Counted from the first letter of the stretch, positions 41,441-50,189 are shown. The stretch: DNA of 64,000 nucleotides from Gammaproteobacteria bacterium (GCA_965243395.1 CBDEUS010000001.1:1-64000); one strand, 5' to 3'. The notes: generated from the letters alone by a model not told the origin. A program made the numbers and translations.

Positions 41441-42718
41441 ATGTCAAATAAACATCATGTTGTTGTTATTGGAGCTGGGTTTGGCGGAATACAAACTGTC
41501 CATCATCTCAAGCACAAAAATGTCCGCATCACACTTATTGATCAGCATAACTATCATCTTTTCCAGCCCTTACTATACCAAGTTGCAACCGCATTATTGG
41601 CACCATCAGAGATCGCCTGGCCAATACGTAATTTGGTACGTAAGAGAAAGGATATTACTACTTTATTAGCAGTAGTAGCGGATGTAGATAAAGATAACAA
41701 AAAAGTTATTCTAGAAAACGGCGAATCAATTACATACGACACTCTTGTAATAGCAACAGGAGCACGTCACGCTTATTTTGGACATGACGAATGGTCAAAA
41801 TATGCCCCGGGCTTAAAAGTTTTAGAGGAAGCTACATCTATAAGACACAAAATTTTGATCGCATTTGAACGAGCTGAATTTGAAACAGATAAAATGAAAC
41901 AGGATGCGCTTTTAACTTTTGTAATAGTTGGTGGTGGCCCAACAGGTGTAGAACTTGCTGGCACAATTGCCGAGCTTGCGCACCATACGCTATCTAACGA
42001 ATTTCGCCATTTTGATTCTAAAACCACTCGTGTAGTGCTTGTAGAAGCTTCTTCCCGGATTTTGTCTTCATTTTCGGAAAGTCTGTCGAACTATGCAAAG
42101 AAAGCTCTAGAGAATCTCGGGGTAGAAGTTCAACTTGGGCAGCCTGTATCAACCTGTGATGAGGATGGCGTGACTATAGGTTCTGAAAGGCTAAACTCTA
42201 AAACAATTCTTTGGGCAGCAGGGGTTCAAGCATCACCCGCGGCAAATTGGCTTAATGTGCAAGCTGATCATGCAAATCGTGTCATCGTAGAGCCAGATTT
42301 AACGATCCCGAACAATTCAGAAATATTTGTTATTGGAGACACAGCATCAATTAAGGATAAAAATGGCCATCAAATTCCTGGCATTGCACCTGCCGCTAAA
42401 CAACAAGGGCACTATGTAGCCAAACAAATCAAAGCACGTCTTCAAGGTAAAAAATTAACAAACCCATTTCAATATAAAAGCTTTGGGCAGATGGCAACGA
42501 TTGGTAAACGTGCAGCAGTTTTTGAAATCGGTAGACTGAAATTTCATGGCTGGCCTGCTTGGTGGTTATGGGGAATAACACATATTTACTTTTTAATCGG
42601 GGTGCGTAATAGGATGTCTGTTGCATTAAGCTGGTTATGGATTTACTTCAAAGGTGATAGAGGTGCGCGATTGATTACAAACTTTGATACAACAACAACT
42701 GAGAAATTTGAAGAATAG
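41441..42718 (+). CDS. ndh: Type II NADH dehydrogenase-like FAD oxidoreductase, cassette gene
   Basis: VVIGAGFGG, HLFQPLLYQVAT, VGGGPTGVELAG, VIGD, APAAKQQG motifs; ATG at 41441 preferred over TTG at 41399. Confidence 0.9.
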   Translation: MSNKHHVVVIGAGFGGIQTVHHLKHKNVRITLIDQHNYHLFQPLLYQVATALLAPSEIAWPIRNLVRKRKDITTLLAVVADVDKDNKKVILENGESITYDTLVIATGARHAYFGHDEWSKYAPGLKVLEEATSIRHKILIAFERAEFETDKMKQDALLTFVIVGGGPTGVELAGTIAELAHHTLSNEFRHFDSKTTRVVLVEASSRILSSFSESLSNYAKKALENLGVEVQLGQPVSTCDEDGVTIGSERLNSKTILWAAGVQASPAANWLNVQADHANRVIVEPDLTIPNNSEIFVIGDTASIKDKNGHQIPGIAPAAKQQGHYVAKQIKARLQGKKLTNPFQYKSFGQMATIGKRAAVFEIGRLKFHGWPAWWLWGITHIYFLIGVRNRMSVALSWLWIYFKGDRGARLITNFDTTTTEKFEE

Positions 42719-42799
42719 CAGTAACGTGTTGTTGGAACTATTTAATACGAAATGCTTTAAGATGTCTGCTCACGACCCAAAGCGGACATTTTGGTCATC

Positions 42800-43150
42800 A
42801 TGAAATTAATCGTAAATTGCATACTGCATATTAGTTTTATGATTGTATTTGGTTGTTCACAAGAACCTATAATAAATAATTCAAAATTTGCTGAAAGCTT
42901 AATAGAAGAACATTTTTCTATAGGTACGCACGTAAATGAGATAAATAAATTTTGTGACAAAAATGGATATGCAATATATGAAGCTACTAAATGTGAAAAT
43001 AATCAAGAAAGTTGTTCCCATGGAGCACTTGTAACTGTGTCGACACCAAATAATAGCTGGTGGTATGGAAATGGGCTTATTCAAATATATTTAACATTTG
43101 ATGATAATAAAAAATTAAATCATATTAAGCACGAAATATATTATGACTAA
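42800..43150 (+). CDS. Hypothetical lipoprotein, cassette gene
   Basis: MKLIV...IVFGC lipobox-like signal; ATG 10 bp after a 28-bp site; TAA lies within the next site. Confidence 0.7.
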   Translation: MKLIVNCILHISFMIVFGCSQEPIINNSKFAESLIEEHFSIGTHVNEINKFCDKNGYAIYEATKCENNQESCSHGALVTVSTPNNSWWYGNGLIQIYLTFDDNKKLNHIKHEIYYD

Positions 43151-43173
43151 CGACCCAAATCGGACTTAGCTTT

Positions 43174-43470
43174 ATGACGAATCAGCTATCAAACGAAGAA
43201 GAAAAGGAGCTTTCATCCCTTTATCTTCAAGCAATTATTATTGCTGACAAATTTGCTAATGTAGATTCAAATGAGTCGGAAGCGATTATTGGAATGAATA
43301 ATATTCTAACCAGTGTAAAACCTATAGTGGAAGCGTCTTATCAGAAGAAAAATTTAAAAGGCATGAGGATGATTATAAGTGACTTCAAAGAGATGTTTTC
43401 TGGGTGCTCAGATGAAGATCGGCAAGCAACAAACAAAATATTTAAACAAAATAATTTAGCTGAGTGGTAA
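43174..43470 (+). CDS. Hypothetical protein, cassette gene
   Basis: 98-aa ORF filling the interval between sites 43143 and 43480. Confidence 0.7.
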   Translation: MTNQLSNEEEKELSSLYLQAIIIADKFANVDSNESEAIIGMNNILTSVKPIVEASYQKKNLKGMRMIISDFKEMFSGCSDEDRQATNKIFKQNNLAEW

Positions 43471-43526
43471 TTCGCAAGTATGACCGCTAATGACAGAAAG
43501 TAGAATTTAGTAAAAAAGGGATAATT

Positions 43527-43955
43527 ATGAAACGTTTAATATTCGCTGTATTATTATTTAATGTTGTTTCAATTACTTTAGCTGCACCTCCTAAACCCGC
43601 TGAAACTAAATATCTAAAAACAGAAGTTGGTGGATTCGCAATAGAGAAAGGAAAAGCACTTTATTCTCTACAATATAAAATTAAAAAGCCCTTTGATAAA
43701 AAAATTTCGGCACAGATTCAGTACGAAAATCCTGATCCCAATGGAGGAAGTTTGATTGATGAATTTATAATTAATCCAGGGCAAGTATCAATTTCTGTCG
43801 AATCAGTAGTGTTAAGTTGTATAAAAAACAATAAAAAATATAAAGTTGTACTAAAACTATTCGACGACGGTAAGCAAATTACCAAACATAAAGATAAGGT
43901 ACAGTTTGCTTTACCAGATGAGATAATTCAGCAGTTAAAAATTACATTATGCTAA
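43527..43955 (+). CDS. Secreted hypothetical protein, cassette gene
   Basis: MKRLIFAVLLFNVVSITLA signal peptide; RBS-like AAGGG upstream. Confidence 0.8.
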   Translation: MKRLIFAVLLFNVVSITLAAPPKPAETKYLKTEVGGFAIEKGKALYSLQYKIKKPFDKKISAQIQYENPDPNGGSLIDEFIINPGQVSISVESVVLSCIKNNKKYKVVLKLFDDGKQITKHKDKVQFALPDEIIQQLKITLC

Positions 43956-44019
43956 ATGCGTAAATATCAGCTTTCGAACAAAAGCGGACATTTAAAATTA
44001 ATGTTCTAATATCATCAAA

Positions 44020-44508
44020 ATGCGTTATTTTCTCTTAGTTCTGACTATATTTTCCAACCTATGTCAAAGTAATCAAGAAGAAGTCTACGTTCAATATAAC
44101 GAATATTTTAACCATGTTAATAGTTCAACAAAAACTGAACCCATTAGTATTTATTTTACAAAAAAAGAAATTTTAAAAAGCAAACAAGCCATCAAAACAA
44201 TGAGAGAGCATGGTTTTAGCGATGACTACATAAAGGATAGTATGTGGAAATATCTCGCAAGAGGCGCACGATTCAAAGAAATATCAGATCATGCAGAGGA
44301 TAATTATTTAGATGATAGTAAATGTTTGGTAATACGAGGTTTATACCATAATAATAAATGGGTAAGTGCAATTCACAAATACGATTACGAAGATGGTTCA
44401 TTTAAGATTGATAGTATTTTTTTAGATTATGATGATGGTGGTGATGAACTATTTATTCACGCTAATCTAGATTTATGTGATTTATTACATAGTGAAACTG
44501 CTACATAA
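44020..44508 (+). CDS. Secreted hypothetical protein, cassette gene
   Basis: Signal-like N-terminus; TAA immediately adjacent to the site at 44509. Confidence 0.75.
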   Translation: MRYFLLVLTIFSNLCQSNQEEVYVQYNEYFNHVNSSTKTEPISIYFTKKEILKSKQAIKTMREHGFSDDYIKDSMWKYLARGARFKEISDHAEDNYLDDSKCLVIRGLYHNNKWVSAIHKYDYEDGSFKIDSIFLDYDDGGDELFIHANLDLCDLLHSETAT

Positions 44509-44546
44509 ATGACCGCTATTGGCCGAAAGCGGATATAAAAATTTGT

Positions 44547-45014
44547 ATGAAAAGACAATCACCATTAGTTTGTTGGATACTTTCAGTAATTACCAGCGGC
44601 ATTTATTCATTATATTGGCTTTATAATCGCAGTGATGTAATTAATGAAATGTCGGGTAATACTAATTTTCAAGGAAAGAAAATGGTTAAGAAAATATTGT
44701 TTTCATTTGTAATTGTGTCTGTATTAATGTGTTTAGCGCTATATTTTGATCCTAATCAAGTCAGTAATAAAGAAGCAGATGATGATTTATTTAGCATATT
44801 TTTATGGCTAACATTTTTCGCCGCTATGTTTTATACATGGTCGATTATTCAAGCATTTTACAAAGCTGGATATGCTATCCAAACATTAGAAAAGAAACAG
44901 GACATCGAAAACCAATGCTCACCTTATTTATCATGGGTATTATTATTTTTTTTGTACTTTAATATTCCTTATTTGCAATCTCATTTAAATTGCTTGGGTG
45001 GTCCACAGGAATGA
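44547..45014 (+). CDS. DUF4234-like membrane protein, cassette gene
   Basis: KRQSPLVCWILSVITSGIYSLYWLY...YLQSHLN pattern; TGA lies inside site 45011. Confidence 0.78.
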   Translation: MKRQSPLVCWILSVITSGIYSLYWLYNRSDVINEMSGNTNFQGKKMVKKILFSFVIVSVLMCLALYFDPNQVSNKEADDDLFSIFLWLTFFAAMFYTWSIIQAFYKAGYAIQTLEKKQDIENQCSPYLSWVLLFFLYFNIPYLQSHLNCLGGPQE

Positions 45015-45071
45015 CCGCTATTGGCCGGAAGCAGACATATTTTACTTATAATGGTTTAAATTAGTTTTGAA

Positions 45072-45536
45072 ATGAGTACATATATACATCATCTAACTGC
45101 GAATGATATGACAATCATGAGAGCTATGCTCATAACATTTGGTGAAGTATTCAATGACATGGATACCTATACTGAAAAACAGCCTAGTTCAAACTACTTG
45201 GAAAAATTACTCAATAAGGATTCATTTATCGCATTGGCAGCTTTAAAGAATAATAATGTCGTTGGCGCGATGGTAGCTTATGAGCTTGTAAAATTTGAGC
45301 AAGAACGCAGTGAATTCTACATTTATGATCTAGCAGTAGATAAATCTCATCGGCGTGAGGGTATTGCAACTGGCTTGATAGAAGAGCTAAAAAATATTGC
45401 TGCAAAACGAGGAGCTTACGTAATTTTTGTTCAGGCTGACAAAGGTATTGAGGATGAACCAGCAATTGCACTCTATAATAAGCTTGGAAAAACTTGTGAG
45501 GATGTATTCCACTTTGATATACAAGTTAATGATTAG
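45072..45536 (+). CDS. aac(3)-I: AAC(3)-I family aminoglycoside N-acetyltransferase (GNAT), cassette gene
   Basis: FGEVFND..TY...QP...YL..LL....[26 protein letters not shown]...[32 protein letters not shown]...EDV.HFDI: the motif series of AAC(3)-I (aacC1-type) enzymes. Confidence 0.9.
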   Translation: MSTYIHHLTANDMTIMRAMLITFGEVFNDMDTYTEKQPSSNYLEKLLNKDSFIALAALKNNNVVGAMVAYELVKFEQERSEFYIYDLAVDKSHRREGIATGLIEELKNIAAKRGAYVIFVQADKGIEDEPAIALYNKLGKTCEDVFHFDIQVND

Positions 45537-45596
45537 AATGTCCGGTATCGATCCAAAGCGGACTAATTATAGAAAACTGACAATCCTATAACATTT

Positions 45597-46097
45597 ATGA
45601 GAATAATATTTTTTTTAATACTAATCATTTTAATATGTTCGTGGTTTTATTATGGGCATTGGATCTTTAACAATAAAAAACTATCTTGGAAAATTATTTG
45701 GGTATTTGTAACAATTCTACCGTTTATTAGTTTTTATTATTTAACTAACCCAAGTGTTAACTATTACAAAAATCAATTTACACTTATATCAGGGTTTGAG
45801 TTTCCTTCAAATGGTATATTTATAGACTATTCTTCATCGTTTCCAGATTTACAAGGCGATTATAGCGTTTGTGGTTTGTTCAAAGCTCCAACTGATTTCA
45901 TAAAAATACTAAACTCTACAATTCCTACAATACAAAATGGTCAATTCAAGCCACGAATGTTTTGCAAATTGGATGAGAAATCAAAATATTACTACACAAA
46001 TGTTTTAGATCTTGAAAATGAGGAACTAGGAGTTACAGGAATACTTGGTATCAGCACCGAAACAAATGTTGTTCATTTTCAATTTTTTAGAAATTAA
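45597..46097 (+). CDS. Hypothetical membrane protein, cassette gene
   Basis: Two N-terminal TM segments; flanked by sites 45538 and 46101. Confidence 0.7.
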   Translation: MRIIFFLILIILICSWFYYGHWIFNNKKLSWKIIWVFVTILPFISFYYLTNPSVNYYKNQFTLISGFEFPSNGIFIDYSSSFPDLQGDYSVCGLFKAPTDFIKILNSTIPTIQNGQFKPRMFCKLDEKSKYYYTNVLDLENEELGVTGILGISTETNVVHFQFFRN

Positions 46098-46166
46098 ATA
46101 AAATCCGCTATTGGTTGAAAAATATGCAAAAATGACAATTAGAACTTATATAAAAATATTTTAATC

Positions 46167-46607
46167 ATGAAAGATATAAAAAAAGTTTTTCGTAATCTTG
46201 AAAGAAAATTGAACAAATCAAGTTGGTTTGATAATGGTTGGGAGATTTACAACCGTGGTGTTTATCTGCAACTCTACAAGGATAGCTGGCACAATCATAA
46301 TCAGGGTGGAATTCATTTTGAAACTTTTATTGAAGCGAGAGAAGTTAAACAAAAGGCATTCCCAATCTGTATGCATGCGGAGGAAGATTGCCCCTCACAA
46401 CAGACTTTCATTCAAGAGTTTATGGCATTGGAAGGTGATCGAATAAAGGGTTGGAAAGGTTATCAAATTGGCGAAGGCTACAGCATCTGCAAAAGAACAC
46501 TTCCTCTTAATTTTAAGAATCTGGAGCAACGGTTATTAGAAGAGTTCAGCAGACTTCGACAACTGGAAAAAAGCGTGGAAAAGGCACTGAGTCTAGTTCA
46601 AATTTAG
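46167..46607 (+). CDS. Hypothetical protein, cassette gene
   Basis: 146-aa ORF containing LQLYKDSWHN...GIHFETFI. Confidence 0.78.
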   Translation: MKDIKKVFRNLERKLNKSSWFDNGWEIYNRGVYLQLYKDSWHNHNQGGIHFETFIEAREVKQKAFPICMHAEEDCPSQQTFIQEFMALEGDRIKGWKGYQIGEGYSICKRTLPLNFKNLEQRLLEEFSRLRQLEKSVEKALSLVQI

Positions 46608-46676
46608 GCTGGCTTACACGGTGCAAACATTAATGGCTGAAAGCAGTCATCTAATTAATGTAATAAGGTATTAAAA

Positions 46677-46970
46677 GTGATTAGAAAACTATTCCTGTCT
46701 ATTATATTTATACCTGTCATTTCATCGGCGTGGATGGGGGGTGGAGGCGGTAAAAGTTATGAGGATGGCATGTTTTGGGGTGCTGATCTGGATCGAAACG
46801 AACGTTTAGATCGAGAGGAAGCTAAGGCTGTTTATAATTTAGCAGAAGATGAAATTTTTACACGCTATGATAAAAATGGGAACGGAACAATAAATCTACC
46901 TGAATTTATGGAATTTTTTCAACATTCTCCATGGACGAATAAAATTAATCATCCTAAAGCTAAAGAGTAA
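46677..46970 (+). CDS. Secreted EF-hand calcium-binding protein, cassette gene
   Basis: Signal peptide; EF-hand loops DLDRNERLDREE and DKNGNGTINLPE. Confidence 0.8.
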   Translation: MIRKLFLSIIFIPVISSAWMGGGGGKSYEDGMFWGADLDRNERLDREEAKAVYNLAEDEIFTRYDKNGNGTINLPEFMEFFQHSPWTNKINHPKAKE

Positions 46971-47025
46971 CTTAAAATGATGTGATTTGAGTCAGTGCAG
47001 CACTTGAATTATAAAAGATTATTAT

Positions 47026-47053
47026 TGTTGTTACTCATATTCACATATCCTTA
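47026..47053 (-). repeat. Array end motif R2
   Basis: TGTTGTTACTCATATTCACATATCCTTA matches 30478-30505 TGTTGTTACTCATATTTGCATATCCATA at 25 of 28 positions. Confidence 0.8.
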
Positions 47054-47054
47054 C

Positions 47055-48284
47055 TCAAGCGAAGAACCAATAGCCTAGTGTAATTGCGGCGATGATGCCT
47101 GCCAGGTCCGCAAACAATCCACAGCCAATTGCATGACGCACACGATTAATGCCGACACTCCCAAAGTAAACGGCTAAAACATAAAAAGTTGTTTCTGTAC
47201 TGCCTTGCACAATAGCAGCTACATTAGCGGCAAAAGAATCAACACCGTAGTTGTTCATAGTTTCTAATAACATTGCGCGTGCTCCGCTGCCTGAGAAGGG
47301 GCGCATTAAAGCAGTGGGCAAGGCGGCGATGAAGTCTGGATTTAAACCAAGCGTTATTACAACTTTTTCAATACCTTTCAGCACCATATCCAATATCATG
47401 CTGGCACGTAGTACGCCGATAGCTACAAGCATGGCAACTAGATAAGGAATAATTTTGAGAGCGACATCAAAACCCTGTTTGGCACCATCAATAAATGCGT
47501 CATAAACATTCACTTTGCGTAAAAAACCCATAACAAGAAATGCAATGATGATTAAAAGTAACAATAAATTACCAAGTAAGCTGGATCGCTCTGCAAGTGA
47601 AGAGGAACTTTCACTGAGTAAAAATGCTAGGAGTAAACCGATTAGTGCTCCAAAACCCAAAAGATAAAATAATACAGTTTTATTAAATAGATTTAGGCGC
47701 TGAATGAATGCGACGAGTAGTAAGCCAGCAAGTGTTGAGCAACAAGTGGCAAGAAGAATGGGAATGAATACAGCGGTTGGGTCTACAGAACCTTGCTGTG
47801 CGCGAAATAAAAAGATTGTTACGGGTAGTAAAGTTACTGACGATGTATTGAGTACTAAAAATAAAATCTGGGCGTTGCTGGCAATTTCTTTTTCAGGATT
47901 CAGTTCCTGCAAATCTTGCATCGCTTTAAGGCCGAGCGGAGTTGCAGCATTGTCCAGTCCCAGCATATTTGCAGCCATGTTCATTGTGACTGATCCTATT
48001 GCGGGATGATCGCTTGGTACTTCCGGCATGAGTTTTTTAAACAGAGGGCGGAATGCTTTCGTAAGTAACTCAACAAATCCAGCGCGTTCTGCAATAGTGA
48101 AAAACCCCAGCCAAAGACACAATACTCCAACTAAACCTAGAGCAATTTCGACACTTAAGGAAGCCATATCGAAAGTCGCCTGCACGACCTGTGCAAAGAT
48201 GCCATTGTTATCACGAACAATAAATTGATAAATACAGCTTAGAAATGCTGCTAGGAAAAATCCGAGCCAAATGTAGTTAAGCAT
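47055..48284 (-). CDS. Fused SpmA/SpmB (nucleoside recognition 'gate' domain) membrane protein
   Basis: ANMLGLDNAATPLGLKAM, LVLNTSSV, RPFSGSGA, GSTETTFYVLAVYFGSV motifs. Confidence 0.92.
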   Translation of the reverse strand: MLNYIWLGFFLAAFLSCIYQFIVRDNNGIFAQVVQATFDMASLSVEIALGLVGVLCLWLGFFTIAERAGFVELLTKAFRPLFKKLMPEVPSDHPAIGSVTMNMAANMLGLDNAATPLGLKAMQDLQELNPEKEIASNAQILFLVLNTSSVTLLPVTIFLFRAQQGSVDPTAVFIPILLATCCSTLAGLLLVAFIQRLNLFNKTVLFYLLGFGALIGLLLAFLLSESSSSLAERSSLLGNLLLLLIIIAFLVMGFLRKVNVYDAFIDGAKQGFDVALKIIPYLVAMLVAIGVLRASMILDMVLKGIEKVVITLGLNPDFIAALPTALMRPFSGSGARAMLLETMNNYGVDSFAANVAAIVQGSTETTFYVLAVYFGSVGINRVRHAIGCGLFADLAGIIAAITLGYWFFA

Positions 48285-48307
48285 GTATAAAAATTATCGT
48301 CTAATTG

Positions 48308-48619
48308 TCAACGACCAATGGCTAAAAAAAATGGTAACCACATAATAAATAGAAAAAGTGCAGCAGCTAATTCGATGAACCCAATTGTACGAAATTTATT
48401 TTTTACTTCCTCGTCAGACATACGAATTCGGCACATCATGAAATCAAACATTAAAACCATAAACACGAGTGGTGCTACAGCGGGTGCAATTAATGTGGTA
48501 ATGACCTGCCAGCCTTCTAGATAGACACCTGTACCAGGCTCTGGTGACAGGAAGGCAACGATCAATGCAAACGCGATAAGAATGAGACGTAATGCACCTA
48601 AATCTTTAATAAAACTCAT
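48308..48619 (-). CDS. Small membrane protein
   Basis: 103 aa, three hydrophobic segments, co-oriented upstream of the spmAB-like gene. Confidence 0.7.
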   Translation of the reverse strand: MSFIKDLGALRLILIAFALIVAFLSPEPGTGVYLEGWQVITTLIAPAVAPLVFMVLMFDFMMCRIRMSDEEVKNKFRTIGFIELAAALFLFIMWLPFFLAIGR

Positions 48620-48936
48620 TAGTTATGATCTTTATACGGCTAGAAGTGTAAATAACTGCAAACTAAATCGACAAAAATTTCACATTAGGTTCTACATTTT
48701 GGACCAAAATTGTCACTTTATGACTGGCTTCAACACTTTAGTAAATCACGTAACCTTTTGTAACTAAAGCGCTTTATCTCATCGGGCGAGACAATCCAAA
48801 TTAAGTTTTAAAGATATACTTTAGCTCATTGATCTGTAATTTGTACCCACTTGTAGGGAACTTAACAGAATAAGGATTTTAACACCCATATGGATTTGGG
48901 AAGAATTTTAACTACATATATATAGGAACTTAAATA

Positions 48937-49470
48937 ATGGAAATGAAGAAATTAGTTAAAGGATTAATCGTTGCAGGTGCAATGGTCGCCGGTGGTAGCG
49001 CATTTGCTGCTACACAAGGTACTTTAGGTGGTACTTCACAAGGTGACATAGATATTGATGTTAGTGTTGGTGATGAAATTTTAATCACTGCTCTAGCGGA
49101 TATCACTGGAACTCATGTGCCTGGTAACAATTTCACTGGAAGCAGTCCAGCATGTGTGTACACAAATAATCCAACAGGAAACTACAACGTTACTATGACT
49201 AGTGCTAATCCTGGTGCAGGTAATGAATTTCAGTTAAATGGTCCATCTGGATTAATAATTTATACAGTTGACTATGATGACGGCGATAGTTCAGCAACTA
49301 TGCTATCTGGTCAAATCAACACAACATTTGATAATGCAGACACTGCTTCAACTAACTGTGGCGGTGCTCCTCAATCTTCTATCGATATTTCTGTACCAGC
49401 TGCATCTTTAGATGCTGTTGCAGCAGGCACATATTCAGATGTAATTACTATTTTAGTTGCTCCTAGATAA
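48937..49470 (+). CDS. Probable major pilin of a CS1/Tcf/Csu-like chaperone-usher pilus
   Basis: Signal peptide, two Cys, C-terminal AGTYSDVITILVAP motif typical of pilus subunits. Confidence 0.8.
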   Translation: MEMKKLVKGLIVAGAMVAGGSAFAATQGTLGGTSQGDIDIDVSVGDEILITALADITGTHVPGNNFTGSSPACVYTNNPTGNYNVTMTSANPGAGNEFQLNGPSGLIIYTVDYDDGDSSATMLSGQINTTFDNADTASTNCGGAPQSSIDISVPAASLDAVAAGTYSDVITILVAPR

Positions 49471-49501
49471 TTCTAGAAAACTAAATTTCTACGATTGTGA
49501 A

Positions 49502-49530
49502 TGCGCCAACAGCAAACTACTGTTGGCGCA
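49502..49530 (+). terminator. Stem-loop between major and minor pilin genes
   Basis: TGCGCCAACAG-caaacta-CTGTTGGCGCA is a perfect 11-bp stem. Confidence 0.65.
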
Positions 49531-49572
49531 ATTCATTTAAGAATGATAAAAATTAAATTAAATAAAAATAAA

Positions 49573-50157
49573 ATGAGAAAGAAAATAGATCATTATTTAC
49601 TTCTCCTCGGTTTATTTTTATTTTTTTCAATTCTACCTTTTTCCTCAATACAGGCTGCTACTCAGGGCTCGCTTGGTGCAACTTCGAGTGGAACTGTTGA
49701 GCTTGGTATCGCCGTAAATCGAAGTATCATTATTCTTGGATTGCGTGATTTTAATTTCGGTGTATGGAATAGTGGTGACGGCACGTTAATCGATAACGAT
49801 GATGTGTGTGTGGCAAAGACCTCAAACTTTGGCACATATGGCATACGTGCTGCCGGAGATGGTGATGGATTTGATCCAGCAGCATTCACTCTTTCTAATG
49901 GAGTTGATCAAATTAACTATAATGTTTACTGGAATGATACAGATACGCCAAGCGGAGCAAATCCGTTAAATCAACTTACTCCGGGTGTAATTCAACACGG
50001 ACAAGTTGAGACAAACTTCCATGTGATTATTGCTGTGTTTTTTGGTATTTGTTTGCCTAACGCAAATATAGAAATTGAAATACCTGATACAGAATTATCG
50101 TCTGCAGTGGGTGGTGCATATTCTGGAACATTGACACTGCTCGTTATTCCCGATTAG
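49573..50157 (+). CDS. Minor pilin-like subunit
   Basis: Signal peptide from MRKKID; mature N-terminus ATQGSLGATSSG resembles the major pilin ATQGTLGGTSQG; ends GAYSGTLTLLVIPD. Confidence 0.78.
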   Translation: MRKKIDHYLLLLGLFLFFSILPFSSIQAATQGSLGATSSGTVELGIAVNRSIIILGLRDFNFGVWNSGDGTLIDNDDVCVAKTSNFGTYGIRAAGDGDGFDPAAFTLSNGVDQINYNVYWNDTDTPSGANPLNQLTPGVIQHGQVETNFHVIIAVFFGICLPNANIEIEIPDTELSSAVGGAYSGTLTLLVIPD

Positions 50158-50189
50158 TCTTAGTACATCTTAAGTAAAATTTTGTTCTT

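Larger units (their letters stand above)
41292..47004 (+). mobile_element. Cassette-like array 2: 10 co-oriented genes delimited by 28-bp sites at 41292, 42762, 43143, 43480, 43964, 44509, 45011, 45538, 46101 (degenerate), 46623 (degenerate) and possibly 46977
   Basis: Examples: ATGTCTGCTC-ACGACCCA-AAGCGGACAT (42762), ATATCAGCTT-TCGAACAA-AAGCGGACAT (43964), ATGACCGCTA-TTGGCCGA-AAGCGGATAT (44509), ATGACCGCTA-TTGGCCGG-AAGCAGACAT (45011), ATGTCCGGTA-TCGATCCA-AAGCGGACTA (45538). One site occurs per intergenic gap. Confidence 0.85.

Noticed and set aside
42762-45565. 28-bp sites as simple intrinsic terminators
   Set aside because: Most stems are mismatched while primary sequence and length are conserved, T-tails are short or absent, and the next genes start too close to have their own promoters. 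A secondary terminator role is not excluded.
41292-47004. CRISPR array interpretation of the 28-bp palindromic repeats
   Set aside because: Intervals are 0.3-1.45 kb whole genes, the repeats are too variable, and there are no cas genes in the window.
41292-47004. Classical integron/CALIN or pdif modules
   Set aside because: No intI gene. Sites are too short and lack attC R-box cores. There is no XerD arm (TTATGTTAAAT), and the sites are all direct rather than alternating.
46977-47004. Terminal 28-bp site ATGATGTGAT-TTGAGTCA-GTGCAGCACT
   Set aside because: The position fits (6 bp after a stop) but the match is too weak to count with confidence.
49501-49572. ORF-track start of the minor pilin at 49501
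   Set aside because: It overlaps a strong hairpin; the signal peptide fits a start at 49573.
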